Positions 25,978-39,200 of a stretch of DNA of 63,851 nucleotides are shown one piece after another. The first letter of the stretch is position 1; every line of letters begins with the position of its first letter. Source of the stretch: Octopus bimaculoides (lineage: Eukaryota); assembly GCF_001194135.2 (NCBI RefSeq), contig NC_068981.1, positions 16,236,716 to 16,300,566 of the forward strand, in the 5' to 3' direction. The notes beneath the pieces were generated by a model. It was not told where the DNA came from, did not search any database, and saw only the letters and a list, made by a program, of their open reading frames with translations. The position numbers and the translations under genes are program-made.

Positions 25978-26395
25978 TTTCAAAGTTTCAACTCAGAGCT
26001 GCGGCCATGCTGATGCACCACCGTGTTGCTACACTGTTATTACAGGAGCCTCTTACAATATGTGGCACTTGGTGAAGAATGGAGTTTGATTTAGCAACTC
26101 TCATTTGCACCTCCTGCCGCGAGGTAGGTTCATCTGGGACGCTCGATAGGAAGAGGTCCAGCTTTGATTTAAAAACTCCTACATCTACTTTGTGCAGATT
26201 CCTCAGGCTCTTTGGGAGAATATTAAAAAGCTGTGGGCCCCTGAATCCCAAGCTGTTGCAGTAACTGGTCCTGAAGCGCGATGGCATTGCTGGGATCTTT
26301 GGCACTATGCAGTGCCGTCGCGTTCTGGCATTGGTGTAGCTTTCAATGCCAAAATTTGGCACAATTCCTTCCAGGATCTTCCAGATAAGCCCGGT
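25978..26395 (-). mobile_element. 3' end of a CR1/L2-group LINE (5'-truncated)
   Basis: IWKILEGIVPNFGI...GPQLFNILPKSLRN...FKSKLDLFLSSVPDEP is a typical post-RT C-terminus; followed by a short 3' UTR and tail. Confidence 0.8.
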
Positions 26396-26759
26396 TTCAC
26401 CCGGTCTGTTTGTATGATGTGGCTGTGATCGTTTTCGGTTAGGCATAATCTATAACACTGTTTCTCAACCTTATCATTTCGGGTTCCTTGTTTTGATTGG
26501 TACCTCCAGCTGTATGAAAATTTCCTGATCCCCTACCGTGTCAGAAAACAGCTTAAGGAGTTGTGAAGAACGAATTTGCAAGTAGTCTGTTTCTGAGAGC
26601 TATTCTATTGGACTTCTGTCTAATCATTAAAACATTGATTTAATTATGAACATAGAAGGAAATTATGCATTAATCCCTATTTTTGTAAGCAGTTGTATCC
26701 ATAAACATGTTATTTGCAGAGAGCAGAAATTGAAAGAAGATATATGAAATGGACGTGTG

Positions 26760-26799
<40 letters not shown>

Positions 26800-27621
26800 N
26801 NNNNNNNNNNNNNNNNNNNNNNNNNNNNNNNNNNNNNNNNNNNNNNNNNNNNNNNNNNNNNNNNNNNNNNNNNNNNNNNNNNNNNNNNNNNNNNNNNNNN
26901 NNNNNNNNNNNNNNNNNNNNNNNNNNNNNNNNNNNNNNNNNNNNNNNNNNNNNNNNNNNNNNNNNNNNNNNNNNNNNNNNNNNNNNNNNNNNNNNNNNNN
27001 NNNNNNNNNNNNNNNNNNNNNNNNNNNNNNNNNNNNNNNNNNNNNNNNNNNNNNNNNNNNNNNNNNNNNNNNNNNNNNNNNNNNNNNNNNNNNNNNNNNN
27101 NNNNNNNNNNNNNNNNNNNNNNNNNNNNNNNNNNNNNNNNNNNNNNNNNNNNNNNNNNNNNNNNNNNNNNNNNNNNNNNNNNNNNNNNNNNNNNNNNNNN
27201 NNNNNNNNNNNNNNNNNNNNNNNNNNNNNNNNNNNNNNNNNNNNNNNNNNNNNNNNNNNNNNNNNNNNNNNNNNNNNNNNNNNNNNNNNNNNNNNNNNNN
27301 NNNNNNNNNNNNNNNNNNNNNNNNNNNNNNNNNNNNNNNNNNNNNNNNNNNNNNNNNNNNNNNNNNNNNNNNNNNNNNNNNNNNNNNNNNNNNNNNNNNN
27401 NNNNNNNNNNNNNNNNNNNNNNNNNNNNNNNNNNNNNNNNNNNNNNNNNNNNNNNNNNNNNNNNNNNNNNNNNNNNNNNNNNNNNNNNNNNNNNNNNNNN
27501 NNNNNNNNNNNNNNNNNNNNNNNNNNNNNNNNNNNNNNNNNNNNNNNNNNNNNNNNNNNNNNNNNNNNNNNNNNNNNNNNNNNNNNNNNNNNNNNNNNNN
27601 NNNNNNNNNNNNNNNNNNNNN
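26800..27621. other. Assembly gap; others at about 11541, 13043, 17106, 23943, 24183, 29117, 36242, 51927, 55949, 58820, 61414
   Basis: N runs, mostly bounded by (TA)n or (GT)n. The seven exons splice in frame, so no constitutive exon is needed within them. Confidence 0.99.
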
Positions 27622-27666
<45 letters not shown>

Positions 27667-28173
27667 TTGCGGTGAATAAATTGTCGTCTAAATTACGCAA
27701 TGTATATGTGTATAGGTATGTGTGTGTCTGTTCACACGCGTGCATTGCAAGATGAAAAACTTTACGGCCGTTCCCATGACTTTTACATTTCTGATCCGTG
27801 AACGGCAACATATATTAGAGCCAGTATGACCAGGATAGAAAGATTCAACCGCAAGAAATTGCGAAATTCTTTCATTATACAATTGGATCTTAATTCGATT
27901 TGATAGGGAGACGGGCATATTCTTCTGTTTAGTATATGATTGGTTTCACATTGTACTTCAAACCTCATTAATGACAAAAATGTATTGAAATCTATGCAAT
28001 AGAAATGTTAATGATTCATAAAAGTATAAATCTATAATGTATATACGAAATATATCGAATATAAACAATGCTGATGATAAAATTATGTTCATTCTTCATA
28101 TTTAAAACTTTATTTGCTTGCACCCATCTATCTGTCTATCTACCTATCAATCTACCTATTTATCTATCTATCT

Positions 28174-28262
<89 letters not shown>

Positions 28263-28725
28263 CATACATACACAAACATACACACACATACATACACCTA
28301 CATATATGCATACATACGTATGACCAAACTCAAATACGCGCATGAACACCAACATATTTGTCATATTTTATCACACATTTTTCCTTAGAAACATTTCTGT
28401 ATGGGTTCTATACTTATCATATATCTAGGTGTTTTTCTTATCTATATTGCCCTATCATATTCGTCAGTTAATTCCATTTATTTCCATTCATCGCTCATCC
28501 AGTTCCATCGAAATAAGTAAGATAACATTTTTTCCATGTTTTATAGTATACATTAGAACAGGTTTTAATTATTCATTGAACGTGCATCCGTGTAAATCAA
28601 TATATGTGTACAGATGCGTGCCTGTGGAAAAGCGTGTATGTGTGCGCAGATAAGGGGAAGGGACGTGTGTGCTTACATATGTGTAGATAGAAAATATTCA
28701 AAACGTGATTGTGAAGAAGAAGAAG

Positions 28726-28757
<32 letters not shown>

Positions 28758-29190
28758 GAAGAAGAAGAAGAAGAAGAAGAAGAAGAAGAAGAAGAAGAAT
28801 ACATATTTTCATAATTTTATGAATTATATATATTTTTTATATATTTTCAGGAATTTTCATGAGATATTTTTTTGTAAATTCATCGCTTCAATCATTTTTT
28901 TAATGTATATTCTAGTTAATATCGATGTGAAAAGTGGAAGATGCACATTTTAAGATGAACTACTCAATAACATAGAGTGGGAATATCTATTTAATCGCTG
29001 GTGGCGCTTACGACACTCGATAACAATCTTTTGTTTGTTTCTCGTGAAACCGTGGAGGAGAAGTTGCTCAAGAGATGATAGCTTATTTGTTATGAAAAAA
29101 TAAATTATACATACATNNNNNNNNNNATATATATAAATATATATATACATGTGTGTGTGTGTGTTATATACATACATACATACATACATA

Positions 29191-30505
29191 CTGGCATTAA
29201 TACCCGCCGTTGATTGGGTAGTTACTTTTACTCTTTCTCGAGAGCCACATTCAAAGTACTATTATATATATAATTTACTCCTCCTGTATGTGTGTATTTT
29301 ATAAGAGAAATACATGTAAGAATTAAAGTAGAAATAAGATTAGTTTCATATACGAACTTTTGCTTGTTTATTATATGACAATAATAAGTGAGTCGTGATC
29401 GACTTCATTTAAATAAGTACTTTACTAATTCTTGAATGTAATGACAGTAATGGCAAATTCAGTTAGTGAAATATTCATGTTACATTAAGAGTGAATATTT
29501 CTTTATAAACTATGTTGTATTTTTTTTTGTTTTATTTCGGTCTGCATAAGGAAAGAGATTTGCTTTTGCTCCCACACGTGATGCTGCTACATGAAGTTGG
29601 CCATGTAAAAAGTATGGTTGTTCAAGTTGCAATCCAGAAAATTTTAGTGATTGGCCCTCACTTTTATTAATGCTCATGGCCAAATAAACGCTTAAATTGG
29701 AATGGGACATTAGATGGTATAACTGGTAAGCGAGGAATGAAGACAGTCTCACCTTTACTACAACCAGTAAGAATATTTGCCTCAATGCAATTCCTCCTAG
29801 GTTTGCGCAAAATTAATCTTGCACCATTGCATATTAGGAGTCCCTTTTTCGGCTGAAGACAATGAGGAGCTGTACCTGGGAGCTCAGGTGAGTTCAAAAA
29901 TTCCATGAAATACTATCCTGATCATCAACAACACTGTCAAATGAATTATAAGTGAATACTTCTCCCGGAAATTTATTCAATAGCATATTATTAATGCTAT
30001 TTACAGGAACATTCTTTTGGAGCCAGGATATCTCACTCACAGATCCAATCTGTATTGTTGTAATTATGAAGAAGATTCGGAAAGATTTCAGCATCCATAT
30101 CACCGACTGAATCATCTGCATTAGATATTGAGCTGAGTGTAAGAAACTGTTCTTCATCAATTGCAACTCTCTCTTCACCGAGTTTCAGAAGCTGCTGTGC
30201 AAATTGTCACCTGATTGATCTTTTGAAAGCCTCGATCTCATATTTGTCGAAAGTTGAAGTGTTTTCGCAACGTTGATCAGGTAGAAGCGTCAGAAGATTA
30301 TCATTTATGTACATGGTGAGTTCCTCCATATCATAGGTAGTTTCCCTCATTATTTTAGTGGACAGACTGTTAAGATCTCCTTTATTAGTTAGTGGGAGAC
30401 CTAAATTTTTGTTTAGGCTCACCCCACATCGAAATAATTTGATCTATTTACATCAACGCCACATTGTATATAGCATCAGTGAAGCCAATATCTTGTTTTA
30501 TATAT
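29191..30505 (-). mobile_element. Internally deleted Helitron with decayed PIF1-type helicase C-terminus
   Basis: [12 protein letters not shown]...[13 protein letters not shown] and [19 protein letters not shown] motifs; 3' hairpin tacccgcc..tgggta (29201-29220) followed by CCAG|T (CTRR|T-like). Confidence 0.85.
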
Positions 30506-31422
30506 ATCTATATATACACTAAAATACATATTGCTTAGCACCTAAATTTCTTCTCTGCAAACTAGCCTACCATATAGTCTCATCATCTATTTTACCAACA
30601 AATGACAGTCCCTGAGATACACAAGTTCGATCGGTCGATATTATGAACCTCACCCATTTGTTTCTAACTGTTAACTGTAAAGTAATTTGCACTTTCACCA
30701 CTCTGGTATTTAGCTCGTAAATTAGTGAAATTTAATTGACAATCTCGGCAAACTTTACAAGAGTCCGCAAGAGTCATTTTCTTTCATTAAAAATCAAATC
30801 ATTAACAATGAAGTAAAACAATAGATAAATGAATAAAACAAAACGCAAAAGAAAATGAATATAAAAATCCATTATGTTTTAAAACGAACAATAACTAATA
30901 TTATTCATGCATTTTATAAAATCATTTACTAAAGGTTTCTTCAAGCTTGTAAATCTTTAAAATTCGATAAAGCAGCCCTCAACTTTTGACAGCTCACATC
31001 AGAGCAATTTACAGCAAGTGAAAATTATCGTTGATGCTCTCATGAAATGCTAAATTGTTTTTGCATTATTACACCAATTTACTTTATTTAAATGAAGTTG
31101 TATTTCAGGCGAACGTTGAAGTTAACTTGTAGTAGTAGAAGCCGTAATTTTGGGTGTTGATGTTGCTGCTGCTGGTGCTGGTGTTGTTAATTCATTTAAA
31201 TTTTTATTTTTTTGTTTTATTTCTTTCTTTCACTGTGGCAGATTCGACAACCTGTCTAATGCAGCTTCTTTCGCCAGCCAAGTGGGTTGTGGATGTCAAA
31301 ATATGATTCGAATAGACGGGATTTGAAGAAAGAGCGAAATTAAGACGAAAATGTAATGCTTGTTATAGAGCTAACTATAATACACAACCATGTAGAATGT
31401 ATATGAAAGTTTTTCTACTCAC

Positions 31423-31476
31423 CAACCCACCGAGAATATAATGGTAATGGTCTTTGTTCATTCCGACATCCATAAT
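31423..31476 (-). CDS. AMPA-type iGluR 54-nt micro-exon: IMDVGMNKDHYHYILGGL
   Basis: Acceptor ttttcttctgcAG, donor GTGAGT; matches the GluA 'GYHYIIANL' motif. Confidence 0.93.
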
Positions 31477-31731
31477 CTGCAGAAGAAAATAAATTGGCAA
31501 AGTTAAATAAAGCTGACGTCTGTCAATTTTTTTATTTTTTATTTTTAACATTTCAGGAATTTCAATTAAGTATTTAAATAGTTTCCAATTCTGCTAATCT
31601 TTTAAAATTTAAAATCTTAACAAGACTAAAGTTGCAACTGTTTTAATAAGAAATGCTTTGCAAATGTTATGTTTACATGCATTTATATATACATGCATGT
31701 ATATATTTATATATATATATATTATAATTAA

Positions 31732-31938
31732 AGGTATCTAAGAGATACAACCATACTGGAAATAGCAACCAAAACTTGACTCAAAAACCACATAAGATGT
31801 TCATAGAGCATCAGGAGAGAAGACAAAGAGACAAAATAAGCCAGCGAATTCTTTCTTGGTGCTGTATGAACATTTAATGTGGTTTTAGAGTCAAGTTTTG
31901 ACTTCTATTTCCAGTATGGTGGTATCTCTCAGATACCT
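31732..31938. mobile_element. Foldback MITE with TTAA TSD and AGG...CCT termini (Kolobok-like)
   Basis: TTAA|AGGTATC...GATACCT|TTAA; about 85-bp imperfect TIRs around a spacer of about 35 nt. Confidence 0.7.
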
Positions 31939-32065
31939 TTAATTATAATTTTAATAATAATTATTACTTTTGACGTTTTTATTCCCATGCTGGCCACCTG
32001 ATAAGATCGGTGTTCTAAATAACGATCTTCTTATATATATATATATATATATATAAACAAGTAAT

Positions 32066-32560
32066 GTTAGTAGCCACTTTAACATGGCTGTCCGTTCGAG
32101 CGGAATCTACTGCAATATTTTTAACCCCAAGAGGACATGTCCACTAGCTGGTTAACGATGCACAGCTGCATCTCTTAGCGAGCTTTTAGAACTAACATTT
32201 TTGCTTGTTGCAGAATAGACGACTGTGCTTGAAATATATATATTGCGTGCAGACGAGAGCTGGTATCATCTCTAGAAGAAAAGGTGTCCAATACTGAGGA
32301 GTGGCAGAAATAGCCCGAAACCAGAGCTGGTCTACTGATCCCGTCGCTAGGAGATGGTAGGGGTACGCTCCCCTGCTCGCATTTATATCGGATGCAGTTG
32401 TGCATCGTTAACCAGCTAGAGGAGATGACCTCTTGGTGTTAAAAACTCGTAGTAGAGTCCGCTCGAACGGGCAGCCATTTTTTAAGTGGCTACGACCATT
32501 GCTTTTCAGTACAACTACTGCGTTGATCTCTTAGAGAGATTTTAGAACTAGCATTTTTCT
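32066..32560 (+). mobile_element. HH-1-related element: inverted 3' segment plus one ~355-nt monomer
   Basis: 32066-32175 is the reverse complement of 32391-32495; direct repeat atctcttag..tttagaacta.cattttt at about 32172 and 32527; hammerhead inside. Confidence 0.72.
32289..32337 (+). ncRNA. Type I hammerhead motif, HH-1-related subfamily
   Basis: CAATA-CTGAGGA-GTGGC/AGAAATA/GCCC-GAAA-CCA/GAGC/TGG-TC^TACTG: canonical core, one mismatch in stem I, bulge in stem II. Confidence 0.8.
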
Positions 32561-32571
32561 TTATATATATG

Positions 32572-32620
<49 letters not shown>

Positions 32621-34673
32621 ATGTATATACATATACATACATATACAAACACACACACACACACATGCATTGAATCGAACGAATGGGGAAGAGGGCTCAA
32701 TGCATGTTGTAGGATAATGCTTTATTTAAATTTAATTTTTATCTCATTGACTTGGGTTTCATACCAGGGCGATCTTCAAGCGAGAACTATTTCGGTGGTT
32801 TATACATATTTGTTGGGGTTGATGTGATCTCCTGCTCCTGACTTTTCATTTGTGTGCATTTTGTGTTTATGCCTGTTTGTTATTTTTCTGTGATCCAATT
32901 GTAATTTTTTTCTAACGAGACATATCTTTAATTTACTTATACATTCTACATTAATTATTGTGTTAATGCCTTCCTTTTTTAGAGCTTTTTGTTAGTTTTC
33001 AATTCAGGAGTGTTTCCAAGTGTTAGGGGATTTTCACAAAGTTTCTGACTTAGTTTCTCTGAAACAAATTTCCGTTCGGAAATATTTTTGTTGTGGTTCT
33101 CATTGCTTGTGTATATTTCAATGGGAGCATGTTTTGGCAAGTTTCATTTTTGTGGGTATCCGTGCATGTGTACAGGTGGTTATGCACGTCTGGTTGTTTT
33201 CTTACTTAAACATTGTTGAAGTGTGTATCAAGTTGATTGGTTATCGCTAGAATACCAAGTCATGTACCTCTATGTAAATATGTGTGTATGTATGTATGCA
33301 TGAGTGTGTGTGTGTACGTGCGCATGTGTGTGTGCGAGCACGGGTGTGCCTGTGTACGTGCGTAAGTGTGTGTATATATATGTACTCACACATACGATTT
33401 CCTGGCCCTGGGAAGAAGAAAATGCTGGAGAATCAGTTCATTTCTATTTTATTCAACATATTCACACACCTATTGTAGCGGCTCTTTATTTTTTTTTCTA
33501 AGCCCTGTAAAAGAACTCGGGAAGTTGGGCTGCCAATCAGGCCTTTCGCAATATCCTTAAAGCCTGGAATTTTACTGCATCCCCTTGTATATGTATGAGT
33601 GTACGAATATTATTATTTGTAAACAGCGTGGAAGCGATGTGCCCAATAAATGGTGTACGACATATTGTTTATTAATCTGAACTTTCGTTACTTGACTTTC
33701 ATGCTTCATGAGCTTCAGGTGTCGAAGTTTTTAAACCTTTCAAACTAGATTGGTATACAATAACTATTTTTGTGTGTAGCTATATTTTCAGTAGTAAGAA
33801 TATTTCTTCTTCTTTTTTTTTAGTCTGTTAGTTATATTATGATTAGTGCAATTAAGTATTTCATGCGACAGAGATAGTAAATGATAGTGGGGAGAATGAG
33901 TGTGTGTTTGCGTGCATCTGTATTTAATTTGAAAGGTAGAGTGTGAATGCTTCTAATTTACCGCTTCATTTTCCATATATTTCGACTTTTCTGTGTAAGT
34001 ACGAATCATCGACAACATACAACTGATGAATTAAAATGTTGCCGGCCTTTAACAATTAGACTCTCCAGAAAAAAAAAAAACTATTTCATTCACTATACAG
34101 GATTATTTATATAGAAATCCTCCCTCGAACCAACACCAGGGGGATTGAACCCAAACTTTACAAGGAACAACTGAGAAGTTTAAGAAATATTATGACTCAT
34201 GCAGAAACACACACACTCTTTCTCTCTCTCTCCCTCTCTCTCTCTATCACTCTATCTCCCTTGCTCTCTCTCACACATACATACATGTAACAAAATTACT
34301 ATGTGAAAAAACATTACAAAATTGAGAGATTTATCTGATATAAAAATTCTTGTCAGCATTACAGACAATGACAGCAAGTTACTTGAACATCAACGACTAC
34401 AACTTATGGTCTGCTTGTGATATTCAAAATAAAATAAATTATTCACAAACCTTAATTAGTTTCTCCTTAATTACTGAATGATCGTTTTATTAATGCTGGT
34501 AACTATCCAACTTTATACATATTTCCTTTCACGTTTCTTAATTTCCGTTCGACCTATGTTCCACTGCATAAAATTGATGTCCACAATCTCATCTACTCTC
34601 CTCATAATTTCTGGTTGTAATTATTATTTCTGGTTTAATTATCATTACTTTAAAATTAACATTAATAAAATCC

Positions 34674-34704
<31 letters not shown>

Positions 34705-34929
34705 CATTATTGTTATTAGTATTATACTTTTATAACCATGATCACATATTGGATTATTTAGAATAGTATAAATCTAACTCAGTGTTTGGTTTAGCAAGTG
34801 CTTTTATCAATCCCATAAATGTAGATGGAAGGTGGAATGCATCTCCATAGCTCTCGAACTCTGAAGTAAAGAAACGTAACTATATAATGCCTGGTCTTTT
34901 TTTATTTTCTTTGATGCTCTAACGATACT

Positions 34930-35160
34930 TATTTCTTTATTGTCCACACGGCGCTAAACATAGAGGGGACAAAGAAGGACAGACAAAGGGATTAAGTCGA
35001 TTATATCGACCCCAGTGCGTAACTGGTACCTAATTTATCGACCCCGAAAGGATGAAAGGCAAAGTCGACCTCGGTGGAATTTGAACTCAGAACGTAACGG
35101 CAGACGAAATACCGCGAAGCATTTCGCTTGGCGTGCTAATGTTTCTGCCAGCTCGCCGCT
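34930..35160 (-). mobile_element. SINE family B, full length
   Basis: Minus strand: gcggcgagctggcagaaac (A box)...gagttcaaattcc (B box)...ggtcgactttgcctttcatcctttcggggtcg...caataaagaaata. Confidence 0.88.
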
Positions 35161-35932
35161 CTAACGATTCCCTCAAGTCATTGTCATGCAGTGTAAGAAT
35201 GTTTTGCTCGTTTTCCTGTTAATATACTAGCCCGAGGAAGAAGGTATGCAATACATATCTTCTTTGTAATCCATTCTAGATGAAAGTGTAGTAACCGATA
35301 CACATCCTGAAAATTTACTGATCATTATATGCTCGAAAATATATGAAGTCAGACCCTAAAGCGCATGCTTGCTACAGGGTGAGCTAGTCCTAAGGCAACT
35401 ACGGCTGAACGTCACGCGAGATATTTGTTCTCCGTTTTAATGGTTCTACTAATCTACAATCATCCTTAAGCTCTATAACATATTAATCATTGAATCGACT
35501 GGTTTTGGTTTTGTTGTTGTTGGTTTTGGAAGGCAAAAAAAAAAAAGAAAACGTGATAAATTCAAGCTCAGAATGTAAATTGACTAAAGTGATGTAACTA
35601 AATAGCACAATTCATTTAGGCAAGCGGTCTACTGTGTCTAGTTGGGGACACAACGAGTTTTGAAGTTATGGTAGCTGAACCACAAAGATGAGACTTGTTT
35701 GCATACCGAACATTAATTCGCCAAGCCAGCACCATCAGTGCGAAGAAAGAATAACGTGCAAAGAACTTTCCAGCACATGTAGAATCGGTGCAAGAATGCC
35801 AGCGCGAGAAAACTGCAAAAGGTTGCATGTACAGCTGCTTAACCATAACTAATGATATAACAGTTATACACTACAACGGAAACAAAGAGGCGAACACACA
35901 AAGCATAGTGCACGCTGTAAAAAAAAATCTGC

Positions 35933-36241
35933 AGGAGTGCTGTGTGGTAAGAAGCTTGCTTCCCAACCACATGGTTCTGGGTTCAGTCCCACTGCGCGGC
36001 ACCTACGGCAAGTGTCTTCTACTATAGCCTCGGGCCGACCAAAGCCTTGTGAGTGGATTTGGTAGATGGAAACTGAAAGAAGCCCGTCGTATATATATAT
36101 GTGTGTGTGTGTATATATATATATATATGTGTGTGTGTGCGTGTGTTTGTGTGTGTGTATGTGTGTGTGTGTGTGTATGTGTGTGTGTGTCCAACATCGC
36201 TTGACAACCGATGGTGGTGTGTTTACATCCCCGTAACTTAG
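35933..36241 (+). mobile_element. SINE family A, runs into a gap
   Basis: Near-identical head to 58270. Confidence 0.85.
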
Positions 36242-39200
36242 NNNNNNNNNNNNNNNNNNNNNNNNNNNNNNNNNNNNNNNNNNNNNNNNNNNNNNNNNNN
36301 NNNNNNNNNNNNNNNNNNNNNNNNNNNNNNNNNNNNNNNNNNNNNNNNNNNNNNNNNNNNNNNNNNNNNNNNNNNNNNNNNNNNNNNNNNNNNNNNNNNN
36401 NNNNNNNNNNNNNNNNNNNNNNNNNNNNNNNNNNNNNNNNNNNNNNNNNNNNNNNNNNNNNNNNNNNNNNNNNNNNNNNNNNNNNNNNNNNNNNNNNNNN
36501 NNNNNNNNNNNNNNNNNNNNNNNNNNNNNNNNNNNNNNNNNNNNNNNNNNNNNNNNNNNNNNNNNNNNNNNNNNNNNNNNNNNNNNNNNNNNNNNNNNNN
36601 NNNNNNNNNNNNNNNNNNNNNNNNNNNNNNNNNNNNNNNNNNNNNNNNNNNNNNNNNNNNNNNNNNNNNNNNNNNNNNNNNNNNNNNNNNNNNNNNNNNN
36701 NNNNNNNNNNNNNNNNNNNNNNNNNNNNNNNNNNNNNNNNNNNNNNNNNNNNNNNNNNNNNNNNNNNNNNNNNNNNNNNNNNNNNNNNNNNNNNNNNNNN
36801 NNNNNNNNNNNNNNNNNNNNNNNNNNNNNNNNNNNNNNNNNNNNNNNNNNNNNNNNNNNNNNNNNNNNNNNNNNNNNNNNNNNNNNNNNNNNNNNNNNNN
36901 NNNNNNNNNNNNNNNNNNNNNNNNNNNNNNNNNNNNNNNNNNNNNNNNNNNNNNNNNNNNNNNNNNNNNNNNNNNNNNNNNNNNNNNNNNNNNNNNNNNN
37001 NNNNNNNNNNNNNNNNNNNNNNNNNNNNNNNNNNNNNNNNNNNNNNNNNNNNNNNNNNNNNNNNNNNNNNNNNNATATATAATGAGAGAAGAGGACACAA
37101 TCTCTGTTTCCAAGACTTGACGATACCTTGTTATTCAAAAATAATATATATTGTGTATAGCAAAATATTACTATATTATCAAAGGAACCAATAGGTTTGG
37201 CAATTAATTATTCTCACCATTCTGAAGAAAAATGTATAACAACTAAATAATAAGATATCATAGAAACTCAAAGACAAAGAGAGAAGCACTTATGCGTACG
37301 TTTTTAAAAACATCGCGAATAAGCAAAATATGTTACTGGACTTTCTTTCATGGTTAAGAGGTTGAATGAAAGTCAAAATGTATATAATGAAATGATATTT
37401 GATTTCTTGAAGAAAAAAATATATAATCATCTCATTTGTATGTAGAGAGAAGCGAAATGTATTTCTAATCAAATAGAACGGAAGTAAACTGTACAAGAAT
37501 TGTCAGTTTTTAAGTAGAGGGAATTATATTTTCTTTTTAATGAAATTAGTTAAAGGTGTCACATAACAAGTTCCTTCAAGAAACTCCCTAAAAGACGATA
37601 GAGTAGTCCATTAATTATGGCGGCCATTTTAAACAAATGTCTTCACAGTCGGAGAATTTTCTCAAAGTATTATCTTATTTTGGTTTTGCTTTGTTTTTAT
37701 CTATGCCTAAACTTTTGTGCCTTCAGACTTTTCGTTCATTAATTCATCAGAGAATTTTAAGTATGACAAATGAAATCGTATATTTAAAGTGAAATAAAAC
37801 CACGAAGGTTTGAATTCACAAATTTGAATTTCGATACTGGAGAAAAGGTTTTTAAATTTTTAAAACCCAGAGCGTATAAAGTGAATATAAATAGTTAATC
37901 ATATTTTCCAAAATTTAATTTCTTAGAAATCCTCAAAGTTCTTGAATCATCTATAGAGAAGACAAAGTTTTCCAAAATGTGTAATATGAACTGAAGACAA
38001 GAATAAACGTTACTATCATTGCAACATAAATTAGATCAAATATTGAATGTGACTCTTATACGTTGTCTGAAGGGAACCTTTCTGAAGAGTGCTTTAATGT
38101 TTTAATATTTTAGACTATTAACCTTTCGGAAAGCCATCTGTTAGATTTGTTTCATCCTGTGGTTCTATCTTACAGCGTTTCTGTTAATTACAGACATAAG
38201 TCATATATATTCTGATGGTACCTATTTATGACTTTGATCTATGGAAGCGGCAACAGATGAAAGCCACAATTATTGACATTTCGGTGAACAGACTGATTTT
38301 ATCGTAATGCCGCTATCAGCTACAACAATCTAAGGTGCTAAGAAGTATTTATTCGCTAGTGTAGCCTTTATGTGGTCATTCGATTAGCTAGAAATAATAG
38401 CCAAACCTCCACTGTCATATCGTCTTAAATAATGATGGACAAATTGAAACAAGTTTACAAATTAATAGGTGTGTCATCTCTGGAACACTCTTTTCCCATT
38501 ATTAGTTTTTTTTATTATTGGTTCTCAGTGCTTTGTGCCATCGAAATGTGTTCTGTTATGATATTTGGTGTGGATTGAGCGTGAAAACCAGTTAGAGTAC
38601 GTTTCTCTTTAGATCTGACCACAATTGATTTCTTTAGGAAAGCCATCAAGAGAAAGCAGCGATAGACGGGAGAAGAATCGACAACAGACTGGACTATATT
38701 TCAATTACGTGCCCCGAAAGAGATGGAAGACAAAGTTGACATCAGAGTACAGAGAGCCGGAATGAATACTGCAAGACACTCTAGCAAACAATCAATCGCC
38801 TCTGCCAATTCGCTTCTTAAAAGTTACTTCTCTGTAGTACGATGTAACTTCTAAGGCCTTTTGCATAAATCTCTTCGGTCAAGATCTACCTAGAGCTAAA
38901 CAATAACGGCGTATTTCCTGGAGAGTTGAGACCTTAGTCCGATAAGTAAATGGTTGAATTTCGATAAGGTCAAGGAAGTTGTTTTAGAGATGAAATAAAT
39001 CGACTTAACTTTACCTACTTGATGATGGTTATTTCTAATGTTAACAAAATGGGGAGGGGCTACTCTCAATTAATCAAACAGAGTACTCGACTATTGTTTT
39101 TTTAAGTATTCCTGAAGCATGAACGGAGAAAAAAAATCTTATCGACTCCGTTGGGATTTGAGTTCTGAACGTGAAGAGACGTATCCACGTACGAAAAAAG

